Of a DNA stretch of 64,000 bases, positions 8,503 through 17,577 are shown one piece after another (position 1 is the first letter of the stretch; every line of letters starts with the position of its first letter). This stretch comes from an uncultured Acidobacteriota bacterium (GTDB taxonomy: Bacteria; Acidobacteriota; Vicinamibacteria; Vicinamibacterales; 2-12-FULL-66-21): assembly GCA_963695655.1 (NCBI GenBank), contig CAVOHG010000009.1, positions 372,012-436,011 on the forward strand, written 5' to 3'. Under the pieces are notes generated by a model. The model saw only the letters and a list, made by a program, of their open reading frames with translations. It was not told the DNA's origin and did no database searches. Position numbers and translations under genes: made by a program.

Positions 8503-9640
8503 CTAGTCTCCCTTGTCCCCGGAGTGCTGGAACGCCAGCACGAAATCCCTGATGTTGTCTGGCGTGCCGCGTGAGGGCCGAAATGCGGCGCCAATTCCAT
8601 CGAGAACGGCGCGGCGGACGTTCGACGCCTCGTGCAGCGCCGTGTACGCCAGGAACCGTCCAGGGTTGAACGGGTGGTAGGCGCGAATTTCGCTGCGTTT
8701 CGCGAGAACCTCTCGAATGGAGAGGTCCCACTTGAAGAACCGTTGCAGACGCACTAAGTACACCCACATAGCATCGTAGTCGAACTCCACCCGTTCGTAG
8801 AATTCTGGAAACAGGTCGTGCGCAACCAAGACCGCATCAGCGATGAGGTTCGCCTTCAGAGTCACGCCTGGATACAGGGTGGGATGGATTTGGTAGTCAC
8901 CGTACTCACTGACGAACTGATCCTGCACGCGACGGCCGTCGGTCGAGGTTGCTGACCCTCCGTGAGACTTTGGCGAACGGCCATGTGAGGTCACGGCGAA
9001 GCCTGTCTGGAACGCCGAGTCGGCAACCGCCGGAATCGCCGCTGAGAGGAACACGTCGGGCAGTGTCGTGTGGAAGACGCGGCCAGTTCGCCGTCGGATC
9101 AGGTCTGGCAACTCCCGCGCAACGGCCGAGTGATACATACATGGAATGTCATAGTGCTTCCACCCGCCCATCCGCATCATCAGTCGAGCGGCCGCACCAA
9201 GGTCCATGGGCATCGCTGGACCTTCGGAGGCCACATGCGACGTCTGTGCAGCAAGCCCGTCCATCGGCCAGGTGTAAATGTGAGTCGGCCACTTGTAAAC
9301 GGACGCCGGATGGCGCGAATGCAATTCCTTCAGCCGCGTGAGCGCACCGGGCATGACGGCGTCGTCGTCTCCGATATAGGCGATGTAATCGCCGGTCGCG
9401 TGCTCGAGCGCGAACTCCCAGTTGTCGCACATCGACAGCCGACGGTCAGTCCTGACGTCACTTGAGACGCGGATCGGTGACAGCCCGGACGACGTCGGCC
9501 GTTTGTTGCGAACTCAAATTGTCACTGACGATCACCTCGAGATCCGCCATCGGGTCCATCAGGGCGGTTTCGATGGCGTATGCGAGCGTTTCGTGGCGCT
9601 CGCGGGTCGGAATCACCAGTGAGAGAAACGGTCGGCTCAT
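8503..9640 (-). pseudogene. Glycosyltransferase family 2 (GT-A), split by one frameshift
   Basis: ORF 9458..9640(-) reads MSRPFLSLVIPTRERHETLAYAIE..VIVSDNLS..DPRLK*. The adjacent frame continues DVRTDRRLSMCDNWEFALEHATGDYIAYIGDDDAV.. (ORF 8503..9432). Removing one base near 9456-9460 restores ..RLKYVRTDRRLSM.. and a single enzyme of about 378 aa. Confidence 0.85.
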
Positions 9641-11151
9641 TAGAGGCTCACCGCCCGCAGAGACCTGGAATGGCGTGAGAGCCAGGCCCGCGGCAGAGGT
9701 GTCACCAGGGTGGCGGCGATAGTCGCGAGGGCGACGACCCCCGCCAGCATCGCCACCGCACCAGCCCTTCCGAACTCTGCGTCAGGCGATAACATCCACG
9801 CCACCAGTACGGTGACCACTGCGGCGAGTGCGGGCTTACCGACGTCCGTCATATACCACGCCCTCAACTCCCCGGGCAGCAGCCGCCGGTGCAGAATTGT
9901 CATTTCGATCGTGATGTATCCGATATTCAGCACGAGCCAGGCGATTGCGGCAGCGATCGGGCCGAACCGTGGCGTGAGCACGATAAGCGCCGGAACCATT
10001 AACAGCAGCCCAGCCACGTTACAGTACAGAGTGAGATTAGTGCGCCCGTACGCCAGCTGCAGCATGTATGGGATGTTCATCAGTGCGTTCAGCGCCACTC
10101 CAGTCACCAGCACCGAGAGCACCGCGCCGGAGACAGTCGCGACCTTCGCATTTCCGGTCCAGACACGCAGAACCAGCGGCGCAAAAAACGCCAGCACGGC
10201 GGCAATCGGCACGACCAGAACCGTTACCGTCTGTGTAGCCCGGTGGTAGAGAACCGCGGTCCCGGCGCTGTTCCCCGAGGCGGCTTCGCGCGTGAGACCG
10301 GGGAAGGCCGCGGCTGCGACCGGCGCCACAAGGGCATACAAGCTGTTGGCCGCCACCGCCGCGAGGCTGTAGTAGCCGAACATTTCAAGTGAAAGCAGCC
10401 TGCTCAAGACGATCTTATCAATTTGGGTGAGCAATAGCGTTGTCGCGGAGATGGCGCCCATCCCGGCAGTGAACCGCCAGACGCCGGAGAGTGCCGTCGC
10501 CGAAAACCGCGCTTTGCGAGGTTCGCCAACGTAGCGCCAGAGAACCACAGCAGTTAACAGCGCACTCGACGCACTGACCGCGACCTGCCACCAAAAGAAC
10601 GTGCGCAGACTCGCCGAGACCGTCAACAGTACGAGGGCCGCTCCTCCGTAGCGGAGGGTGCTGGTGGCAATCAGCAGCGCGTTGGACATGACCTGCCGTT
10701 CCAACCCCAGCAGACCTCCTGAGTAAAAGCCAAGCGGCCACTGGAACGCGAGCACCAGCGCCATCAGGACAATGGCACGCTGGACTTCGGCCTGGGGTAG
10801 CGTTCGCGCCTGAACCCAGTGCGCCGCTACCCACCCGGACCCGCTCATTATTACGAACGCGGCAATCACGGCCGTCGTCCAGTAGACCGCCTCGAGCGTC
10901 CTGAGCACGTGCCGCGAGTCCGCGCCGGACGCCGACCGCACTGCGAGTTCTCGATTCAATGTCGTCGTGAGCCCGACGTCAATAATTGCGAACGACGCCT
11001 GAAGGGTGGTGTAGAGCGCGATCAGTCCATACGCCTCGGGTCCGAGTGCTCTTAAATAGACGGGGACAAAGGCAAGTGCCATCACGGCCGACCAGCCACG
11101 GCCCACGAGGTTCGCCACCAGATTTCGGCGAAACCTGTGAGATGGGTTCAC
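9640..11151 (-). CDS. wzx: Polysaccharide flippase, MOP/Wzx family
   Basis: ORF 9640..11244(-) trimmed to GTG 11151 (GTGA overlap with the upstream stop). It begins FRRNLVANLVGRGWSAVMALAFVPVYLRALGPEAYGL and has roughly 12-14 hydrophobic helices. Its stop overlaps the GT2 ATG by 1 nt. Confidence 0.85.
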   Translation of the reverse strand: MNPSHRFRRNLVANLVGRGWSAVMALAFVPVYLRALGPEAYGLIALYTTLQASFAIIDVGLTTTLNRELAVRSASGADSRHVLRTLEAVYWTTAVIAAFVIMSGSGWVAAHWVQARTLPQAEVQRAIVLMALVLAFQWPLGFYSGGLLGLERQVMSNALLIATSTLRYGGAALVLLTVSASLRTFFWWQVAVSASSALLTAVVLWRYVGEPRKARFSATALSGVWRFTAGMGAISATTLLLTQIDKIVLSRLLSLEMFGYYSLAAVAANSLYALVAPVAAAAFPGLTREAASGNSAGTAVLYHRATQTVTVLVVPIAAVLAFFAPLVLRVWTGNAKVATVSGAVLSVLVTGVALNALMNIPYMLQLAYGRTNLTLYCNVAGLLLMVPALIVLTPRFGPIAAAIAWLVLNIGYITIEMTILHRRLLPGELRAWYMTDVGKPALAAVVTVLVAWMLSPDAEFGRAGAVAMLAGVVALATIAATLVTPLPRAWLSRHSRSLRAVSL

Positions 11152-11936
11152 GGCCGCTCCGACCCGGTCTGTGCGTCCTTGCGGAGCCACGCGCCCGGCC
11201 AGTGCGTCACAACTTGTGACAGTTCGCTTTCGTTGAACGGCCACCTGGGTGGGGCAAGCTGGAATTGGGGGTGCGAGGCGGCGAAGTCCCGCGCCGCGGC
11301 TTCAGGGTTGTCGACCACCCACTCGGGCCGGCCCCGCGGGATGTCACTGAAGTACATCATGGCGCCGTCAGTCGCAACGATGTACGAGCCGTCGGAAACG
11401 AGTCCATGGTATGCCTCCAGTTCGGCGAGCACGTGCCGCTTCGAGTGGTCGGAGTCGAGCACCACCATGACGCGCTCGTCTGGACGAATCCGCCCGCGGA
11501 CGTCCTCGACCACTGCCGGGTCGACCGAACTGCCTTCGATCAGGGTGATGTACGAGGACAATTCGTGCGTTTCGATGGCCCGCCTGTTCTGCGGCCGAAT
11601 CTCGATATCCACACCAATCACTCTTCCCCGCCCCATCGCCTTGAACAGGCTGGCGTAGAAAATCAGCGAACCGCCGTGGGCAACGCCGGTCTCGACGATG
11701 ACATCCGGCCGAACCGCGTAGATCACTTCCTGCATTCGAACGATGTCTTCCGGGAGCTGGATGATTGGCCGTCCCATCCACGAAAATCCGTAGCCGTATT
11801 TCAAAGACCAGCCAACCCGCACCCACTGGTGCGACAACACCGAAAAGGCATCGGGCGTGTAGAGTCCCATCCTTTTTTGAGTCCCGCCGTCGTCGACGGT
11901 CAAAGACCCGGCCTCGGTGTCAATTTCAATCCGCAT
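11148..11936 (-). CDS. CmcI (cephalosporin hydroxylase)/rhamnosyl O-methyltransferase-family methyltransferase
   Basis: ORF 11148..12137(-) trimmed to ATG 11936 (MRIEIDTEAG..). It has GRPIIQLPEDIVRMQEVIYAVRPDVIVETGVAHGGSLIFYASL, VIGVDIEIRP and VMVVLDSDHSKRHVLAELEAY. Confidence 0.82.
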   Translation of the reverse strand: MRIEIDTEAGSLTVDDGGTQKRMGLYTPDAFSVLSHQWVRVGWSLKYGYGFSWMGRPIIQLPEDIVRMQEVIYAVRPDVIVETGVAHGGSLIFYASLFKAMGRGRVIGVDIEIRPQNRRAIETHELSSYITLIEGSSVDPAVVEDVRGRIRPDERVMVVLDSDHSKRHVLAELEAYHGLVSDGSYIVATDGAMMYFSDIPRGRPEWVVDNPEAAARDFAASHPQFQLAPPRWPFNESELSQVVTHWPGAWLRKDAQTGSERP

Positions 11937-13104
11937 CCAGTTTGCTCCGCATGAGGTCAACGAGCCTGACGTCGAGACCTGCGTCTCGCACGATCGCTGC
12001 GTTTTCGTGGAAATAGTTCGGGTTGGTGAGCACAGCGGTCTTGACATCGAAGGCCGCCATTCCTCGCGGTGCGACGATGGGATGGCCCGTCCCGGGGAGG
12101 TACCGTCCCTGTTTGTTCGGGTTGAGGTCGACCACACAGGCGACGATCTGCTCGTCCGGGTCGGTCAGGCCGGCGAGTGTGACTCCCTTTGCTGCTGCAC
12201 CCCAGATGGCGACGGGCCCGTCGCCGCGCAGCCGCTCGATGAACCCACGAAGCTCGCGCCGCATCTCCGCTTCATGGTGCCCGAATGCGTCAGCCAGGGA
12301 GGCGATTGCGGGATCGCCATGCGCGTCCGCCGGTTCGGCCTTACCAGCGCGTGCTTCTAGCCACAAGTATTGGCCACCGAAGACGTGAGACACCGTGTCC
12401 ACCTCGAAACCGGCGACCTCGAACGCGTACTGCAGCGACGAAGCGCTGAAGTACGAACAGTGTTCGTAGAAGAAATCCCAGATGACTCGGTTTCGCAAGA
12501 TCCACTCGACGCAAGGAGTCTCGAAGAACACGCGTGCCCCAGGCCGCAGCGTTTGCCTGATTACCCGCAGAAATGCCAGCGGCTCGGCCACGTGTTCAAT
12601 CACATGCCGGCACACAACCACTTGTGCTTCGATGCCGCTGCACGAGGCGTCGTAGAACCTTCGCTCGAAGCGGAGACGGCCTTCCAACGCGGTATCCGGG
12701 CCGACGTAGCTGGGATCGAACCCCATACCCTCGCTCTGCGGACTGCGCAGCAACAGGCTGCGAATGAACTCACCTTTGCCGCAGCCAATCTCGATGATCC
12801 GCAGCGCGTCCGACCCTGCCTGCTCCATCAGGCGGTCGGCGAGTCCCTCGACGTATCGCTCGAAGGCGGGCGAGGACGTCTGGGTATTGTCGTAGGCGGC
12901 GCCGTAGCGAAGTCGTTCCAGCTCGAATGCGGCGTTGAAGACAAAGCCGCAGACGTGACAGGCACACACGTCGAGAGTCCCGTTGCCCAGCAGCCGGGCG
13001 GAGGCGCGATCGTCGACCAGAAGGTTCTGGTGAACGGATACGCGATCACGATGCAAGAAAGACGGGCCGCAGGCGGAACCGCACACCGGACATCTCGCGG
13101 TCAC
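11926..13104 (-). CDS. NDP-hexose C-methyltransferase (Zn-ribbon + class I SAM MTase + C-methyltransferase C-terminal domain), copy 1
   Basis: ORF 11926..13140(-) trimmed to GTG 13104 (GTGA overlap). It has CPVCGSAC..CACHVCGFVFN (Zn ribbon), IIEIGCGKGEF (SAM motif I), VVCRHVIEHVAEP and a C-terminal AIWGAAAKGVT..VVDLNPNKQGRYLPGTGHPIV. This is the TylC3/NovU-type architecture. Confidence 0.82.
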   Translation of the reverse strand: MTARCPVCGSACGPSFLHRDRVSVHQNLLVDDRASARLLGNGTLDVCACHVCGFVFNAAFELERLRYGAAYDNTQTSSPAFERYVEGLADRLMEQAGSDALRIIEIGCGKGEFIRSLLLRSPQSEGMGFDPSYVGPDTALEGRLRFERRFYDASCSGIEAQVVVCRHVIEHVAEPLAFLRVIRQTLRPGARVFFETPCVEWILRNRVIWDFFYEHCSYFSASSLQYAFEVAGFEVDTVSHVFGGQYLWLEARAGKAEPADAHGDPAIASLADAFGHHEAEMRRELRGFIERLRGDGPVAIWGAAAKGVTLAGLTDPDEQIVACVVDLNPNKQGRYLPGTGHPIVAPRGMAAFDVKTAVLTNPNYFHENAAIVRDAGLDVRLVDLMRSKLDAD

Positions 13105-14009
13105 GACACAGGCCCTCGCTGTAAATGTGATGACCACCACGAGACCGCTTCCGCCAGCGCGACCTCAAAACTCCGGGAGGGTACCCAGCCGACTTCCTCG
13201 CGCAACCTTTGCACGTTCGCCACCACAAAAGGAGCTTCGCCGGTCGAATTGTCGGTTTCGACGAACTCGGGTCGCCCGAGCTGCGCCGCGACGCCTCGTG
13301 CGAGCGCGCCGGTCACAATCGGGACGCCGGAGCCGATGTTCACCGGGCCGCTCACGTCGCTGTTGAAGAGAGCCACGATCGCGCGGGCGGCGTCGTCCAC
13401 GTGAAGAAAATCGCGAACGGCAGTCGCCGAGCGACAGCGGGCTGGTTTCGACGACAGCAGATCGTTGACCAGAGAGGGCACCAGCCGGCTCGAGTGCTCG
13501 TGCGGTCCGAACAGGAAGAAAAGGCGGGCCCACGCGGCGCTCATGCCCCCCGGATTGCCATACGCCTCTAACACCGAGGCTGTTGCCAGTTTCGCCCTGC
13601 CGTAGAGGGTCGCCGGGCACAAGGGAGTGAAACGCTCGGTGCAGTAACCATAGCGCCAGTCGTACTCTGCGCACGTACCCACAGCGACGACTCTCTTACC
13701 GCCATTCGCGGCGAACGCTTCCAGCAATCCGACCGTCGCGGCGACCCATGACAGGTTGAGGTTCGAGTGCCAGTAATCGGGGGGAGTTGCATGCCAGGCG
13801 AGGTGAACCATGCCGTCCGCCTGAACCGACTCGAGGAGCGATTGGACTTTTAATGGCTGCAGTACATCGGCCTGGTGCCAGGTCGCACGTGGATCGCGCG
13901 GTCCACCCTGGCGCGAACTTACGGCGTGCACGTCGTGTCCGGCCTCGGCCAGAGCCGGCAGCACGTGGCGGCCGACGAAGCCGGTCGCTCCGGTGAGCAG
14001 AACGCGCAT
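13101..14009 (-). CDS. NAD-dependent epimerase/dehydratase-family SDR (probable sugar 4-ketoreductase)
   Basis: ORF 13101..14099(-) trimmed to ATG 14009 (MRVLLTGATGFVGRHV). It has VAVGTCAEYDW and YGRAKLATA (YxxxK). It overlaps the rmlC-like stop by 1 nt. Confidence 0.8.
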   Translation of the reverse strand: MRVLLTGATGFVGRHVLPALAEAGHDVHAVSSRQGGPRDPRATWHQADVLQPLKVQSLLESVQADGMVHLAWHATPPDYWHSNLNLSWVAATVGLLEAFAANGGKRVVAVGTCAEYDWRYGYCTERFTPLCPATLYGRAKLATASVLEAYGNPGGMSAAWARLFFLFGPHEHSSRLVPSLVNDLLSSKPARCRSATAVRDFLHVDDAARAIVALFNSDVSGPVNIGSGVPIVTGALARGVAAQLGRPEFVETDNSTGEAPFVVANVQRLREEVGWVPSRSFEVALAEAVSWWSSHLQRGPVS

Positions 14010-14539
14010 CACAGCACGAAATCCGGATACCCGCGGTCGCGATCCGACATGACAGCCGGTGGCAGTGGCCATTCGATCCCGAAGGCGTGATCGTTCCATC
14101 GGACACCGCGAGCGAGTGCCGGGGCGTACGATTCGGAAATCAGGTACAAGATCTCTGCGTCGTCAGTCAGGGTTTGGAAGCCGTGAGCGACGCCTTCCGG
14201 GATGTAGAGCGAGAGTCGATTCTCCTCGTTCAACACCCACGCGCGCCACTGCCTGAACGTTGGCGAAGCGGGACGCAGATCCAGGAGCACATCGTAAATC
14301 GCGCCGCGCACGCACCGGACCACCTTGGCTTCCTCACGCGGCGCCGCCTGGTAGTGCATCCCGCGAAGCGTGCCTGCCCGCGCATTGAAGGACAGGCTGC
14401 ACTGCGCGAGGGCAACCCGCAAACCTCGAGCAGCAAACTCGTCCGCGGACCAGGTTCTCGCGAAAAAACCACGTTCATCGTGGATCTGCTCGAGGCGAAG
14501 CAGCCATGCGTCTGACAAGTCGAGAGATTCGAAAATCAC
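14009..14539 (-). CDS. rfbC: NDP-4-dehydro-6-deoxyhexose 3,5-epimerase (RmlC-like cupin)
   Basis: ORF 14009..14539(-), 176 aa, GTG start. It has DERGFFARTW, GTLRGMHYQ, KVVRCVRGAIYDVLLDLR, LYIPEGVAHGFQTL and ILYLISESYAP. Confidence 0.9.
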   Translation of the reverse strand: MIFESLDLSDAWLLRLEQIHDERGFFARTWSADEFAARGLRVALAQCSLSFNARAGTLRGMHYQAAPREEAKVVRCVRGAIYDVLLDLRPASPTFRQWRAWVLNEENRLSLYIPEGVAHGFQTLTDDAEILYLISESYAPALARGVRWNDHAFGIEWPLPPAVMSDRDRGYPDFVL

Positions 14540-14543
14540 GGTA

Positions 14544-15779
14544 TCAGGCGACGTGTGGCTGCGGAACAGGAATGATGAATTGACCGCCGCGGCGACGGTA
14601 CTCGGCCTGCTGGTCCAAAATTTCCGCGGCGAAGTTCCAGGTCAGAAGCAGCACGCTTTGTGGCATTTCCTCCAGCAGCGTCTCCACACTTCGAATCGGG
14701 AGGTGCGTCCCCGGCGTGAACAGGCCCTGTTTGACCGTGCTTCGATCGACGACGAAGTCGAGAGTCTCTCGTCCGATCCCGCAGTAATTGAGGAGCGTGC
14801 TGCCCTTTGCCGAAGCACCGTACGCCGCAATCCGTTTGCCATCCGACTTGAGTCGCGAGAGCAGAGCCAGCAGCGCACTGCGGAGATCCTCCACCCGGCG
14901 GGCAAACTCCGTATATGCGGCCCCGTCGGCCAGCCCGTACTCCTGCTCGTCTCGAAGCATGGTTTCAACCGCCGCGCCTCGTGCCCGGGAGCCGTGGGGC
15001 GAAACAAACAGCCGCAGGCTGCCGCCGTGGATCGCGAGACGCTCGACATCGTGAACGATCAGGCCACGCGCGGCAAATAGCCGATCGACGGCGGTCAGCG
15101 AGAAGTAGCACAGGTGCTCGTGGTAGATGGTGTCGAATTCGACGTGGTCCAGCATGTCCCGGACGTACGGCACCTCGATGACTGCCACTCCATCCGGCTT
15201 CAGCACCGTCCTGATCCCGTCGACGAACCCGCCGAGATCGGGGACGTGCGCCAGCACGTTGTTGGCGTGGAGGATGTCCGCGCGGAGGCCGTCGGCAGCC
15301 AATTGGCCCGCGAGGTCGCGCCCGAAGAATTCGCTCACGGTCCGAATGCCGCGTTCTTCCGCTACGACGGCGATGTTCCGTGCCGGCTCGATTCCAAGTA
15401 CGGGAACGCCACGGCACGCGTAGTGCTGGAGGAGATAGCCGTCGTTACTCGCGACCTCCATCGCGAGACTCGACGCCCCCAGCCCGCGCTCCTCGACGAT
15501 GCGTTCGGCGATGGCGCGCGCGCTGGCAACAGCCGTGTCCGAGAACGAGGAAAAGTAGACGTACTCGCGAAAGAGATCGGCCGGCGGGACTGTTTCGGTG
15601 ATCTGCGTCAGCGAACAAGCCGGGCAGAAGACGAGCTCGAGCGGGAACCGGGGCTCCTCCGCCTCACGTTGATCCGCCCGCACGAGCGCGTTGGCGAGCG
15701 GCGTGGTACCGAGCGAGAGCACGGGATCGAGCCTGGCGTGACCGCAGGCGCGGCACACGAAGGGAGGCGATGCCGTCAT
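14544..15779 (-). CDS. NDP-hexose C-methyltransferase, copy 2 (paralog of 11926..13104)
   Basis: ORF 14544..15836(-) trimmed to ATG 15779 ([14 protein letters not shown]..; ATGA overlap). It has a Zn ribbon (CRACG..CPACS), [32 protein letters not shown] and a C-terminal [35 protein letters not shown]. Confidence 0.82.
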   Translation of the reverse strand: MTASPPFVCRACGHARLDPVLSLGTTPLANALVRADQREAEEPRFPLELVFCPACSLTQITETVPPADLFREYVYFSSFSDTAVASARAIAERIVEERGLGASSLAMEVASNDGYLLQHYACRGVPVLGIEPARNIAVVAEERGIRTVSEFFGRDLAGQLAADGLRADILHANNVLAHVPDLGGFVDGIRTVLKPDGVAVIEVPYVRDMLDHVEFDTIYHEHLCYFSLTAVDRLFAARGLIVHDVERLAIHGGSLRLFVSPHGSRARGAAVETMLRDEQEYGLADGAAYTEFARRVEDLRSALLALLSRLKSDGKRIAAYGASAKGSTLLNYCGIGRETLDFVVDRSTVKQGLFTPGTHLPIRSVETLLEEMPQSVLLLTWNFAAEILDQQAEYRRRGGQFIIPVPQPHVA

Positions 15780-16789
15780 CCGCGTGCCTGGCCAGCAGCC
15801 TGTCGCTCGTCGGCCGCGAGAAAGCTGCGATACCACGCGATCGTCCGCTCGAGCCCCTGATCGAGCGTGAATAGCGGCGCCCAGCCAAGCTCCCGGCGGG
15901 CACGGTCGGCGCTCAGATACTGATGCCGAATCTCGTGCGTTGCTTCGCCGCGCACATCCGGACGGACCGAGCTGCCCATCTGCGCGAGGATGCGCTCGAC
16001 GAGTTCTGAGACCGTGACCTGGATCTCATTCGAGAAGTTGTAGGCCTGGCCCTGGACGGCAGGGTCGGCGGCCAGCTTCTCGGCCAGCAGCAGATACGCC
16101 GCCGCACCGTCTTCGACATAGAAGTAGTCGCGTACGTAGTTGCCGTCCGAGCGGATGACGACCGGCTGGTCCCTGAGGACGGACCGGATGGTCCCCGGCA
16201 CGATCCGGTTCCAGTTGAGATCGCCACCGCCGTAGAAATTGCCGCAGCGCGTGATCGCGACCGGCACATCGTAGGTCGTCGCATACGTCTGCGCGATCAG
16301 ATCGCCGCATGCCTTGCTCGCATCGTAGGGGTGGCGGGGCCGCAGCGGAGTGTCCTCGTGGTACGGCAGGACCTCCTGGTCGCCGTAGGCCTTGTCGGAC
16401 GAAGCGATGACGACCTGTCGAACCAGCGGACTGCGCCGGCACGCCTCGAGCAACGCCCAGGTGCCAGCGATATTGGATTCGAACGTCGAAACGGGATTGC
16501 GATTCGCTATGCCGACGATGGTCTGAGCGGCAAGATGAAACACGGTGGTGATCTCGTATTCGCCGAGCACGCGCTCGAGCGCAGCCTGGTCTCGAATATC
16601 ACCGCGAACGGTGACTACCCGTCCCAGTAGTCCAGTCCGGATCACGTCCGCCTCGGGAACCCAGTCGCGAACGAGGCATACCACGTGCGCACCCGCGGCC
16701 ACCAGCCGGCGCACCAGCCAGCCGCCAACCAGGCCCGTCGCGCCGGTGACGAGCGTGGGTCTGTCCTGCCAGAATGTTGCAGTTACCAT
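15776..16789 (-). CDS. rfbG: CDP-glucose 4,6-dehydratase
   Basis: ORF 15776..16942(-) trimmed to ATG 16789 ([25 protein letters not shown]). It has [26 protein letters not shown] and [15 protein letters not shown]. It lies directly downstream of rfbF. Confidence 0.82.
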   Translation of the reverse strand: MVTATFWQDRPTLVTGATGLVGGWLVRRLVAAGAHVVCLVRDWVPEADVIRTGLLGRVVTVRGDIRDQAALERVLGEYEITTVFHLAAQTIVGIANRNPVSTFESNIAGTWALLEACRRSPLVRQVVIASSDKAYGDQEVLPYHEDTPLRPRHPYDASKACGDLIAQTYATTYDVPVAITRCGNFYGGGDLNWNRIVPGTIRSVLRDQPVVIRSDGNYVRDYFYVEDGAAAYLLLAEKLAADPAVQGQAYNFSNEIQVTVSELVERILAQMGSSVRPDVRGEATHEIRHQYLSADRARRELGWAPLFTLDQGLERTIAWYRSFLAADERQAAGQARG

Positions 16790-17550
16790 AATTTCCAGGG
16801 GGCGCGCTGCTCCGACCACAGCGCTTCCAGGTAGCGCTTGTCCCTCAGCGTGTCCATGCACTGCCAGAAGCTCCCGTGACGGAACGCCACCAGCTGGCGC
16901 TGGCGCGCGAGCTCTTCGAGGGCGTGCGTCTCCAACACACATTCGTCACCCGAGAGATACTCGAAGATCGCGGGCTCCAACACCATGAACCCGCCGTTGA
17001 TCCAGCCCTCGCCCATTTGCGGCTTCTCGGTGAACTCAGCGACGAAATCACCGTCGAACGCGAGTCCGCCAAATCGGGAGGGGGGCCGTACGGCCGTGAT
17101 CGTCGCAATGCGTCCGTGCTGACGGTGGAAGGCGAGCAGCTCGGCGAGGTTCAAATCGGCGACGCCGTCACCGTATGTCAGCATGAAGGGTCCGCCCGTG
17201 AGCCAGGGCTTCAGCCGGGTGACGCGCCCGCCAGTCATCGTGTCCAAGCCGGTGTCCACCAGGTGAATTTTCCAGGCCTCGCAGTCCGCCCCGTGCCGGT
17301 CGATCGTGCCTGCGCCGGTGTCGAGCGTCATGCTGCCGGCGAGCGACGTGTAATCGAGAAAGTACCGCTTGACGACATCCCCTCGATAGCCGAGCGCGAT
17401 GAAGAACTCTGCGAATCCATAGTGCGAGTAGTGCTTCAGGATGTGCCAGAGCAGCGGGCGGCCGCCGACCTCCACCATCGGCTTCGGCTTGACCTCGGTT
17501 TCTTCGGCCAGGCGCGTGCCGAGTCCCCCTGCGAGTATGACCACCTTCAC
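16783..17550 (-). CDS. rfbF: Glucose-1-phosphate cytidylyltransferase
   Basis: ORF 16783..17550(-), 255 aa. It has [70 protein letters not shown] and [11 protein letters not shown]. Confidence 0.93.
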   Translation of the reverse strand: MKVVILAGGLGTRLAEETEVKPKPMVEVGGRPLLWHILKHYSHYGFAEFFIALGYRGDVVKRYFLDYTSLAGSMTLDTGAGTIDRHGADCEAWKIHLVDTGLDTMTGGRVTRLKPWLTGGPFMLTYGDGVADLNLAELLAFHRQHGRIATITAVRPPSRFGGLAFDGDFVAEFTEKPQMGEGWINGGFMVLEPAIFEYLSGDECVLETHALEELARQRQLVAFRHGSFWQCMDTLRDKRYLEALWSEQRAPWKLW

Positions 17551-17577
17551 AGCGTCCGCATTCTCACGAGATGCCCA

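Noticed and set aside
9440-9470. Programmed ribosomal frameshift in the GT2 gene.
   Set aside because: There is no slippery heptamer, homopolymer or downstream structure at the break. The required shift is most simply a 1-nt insertion.
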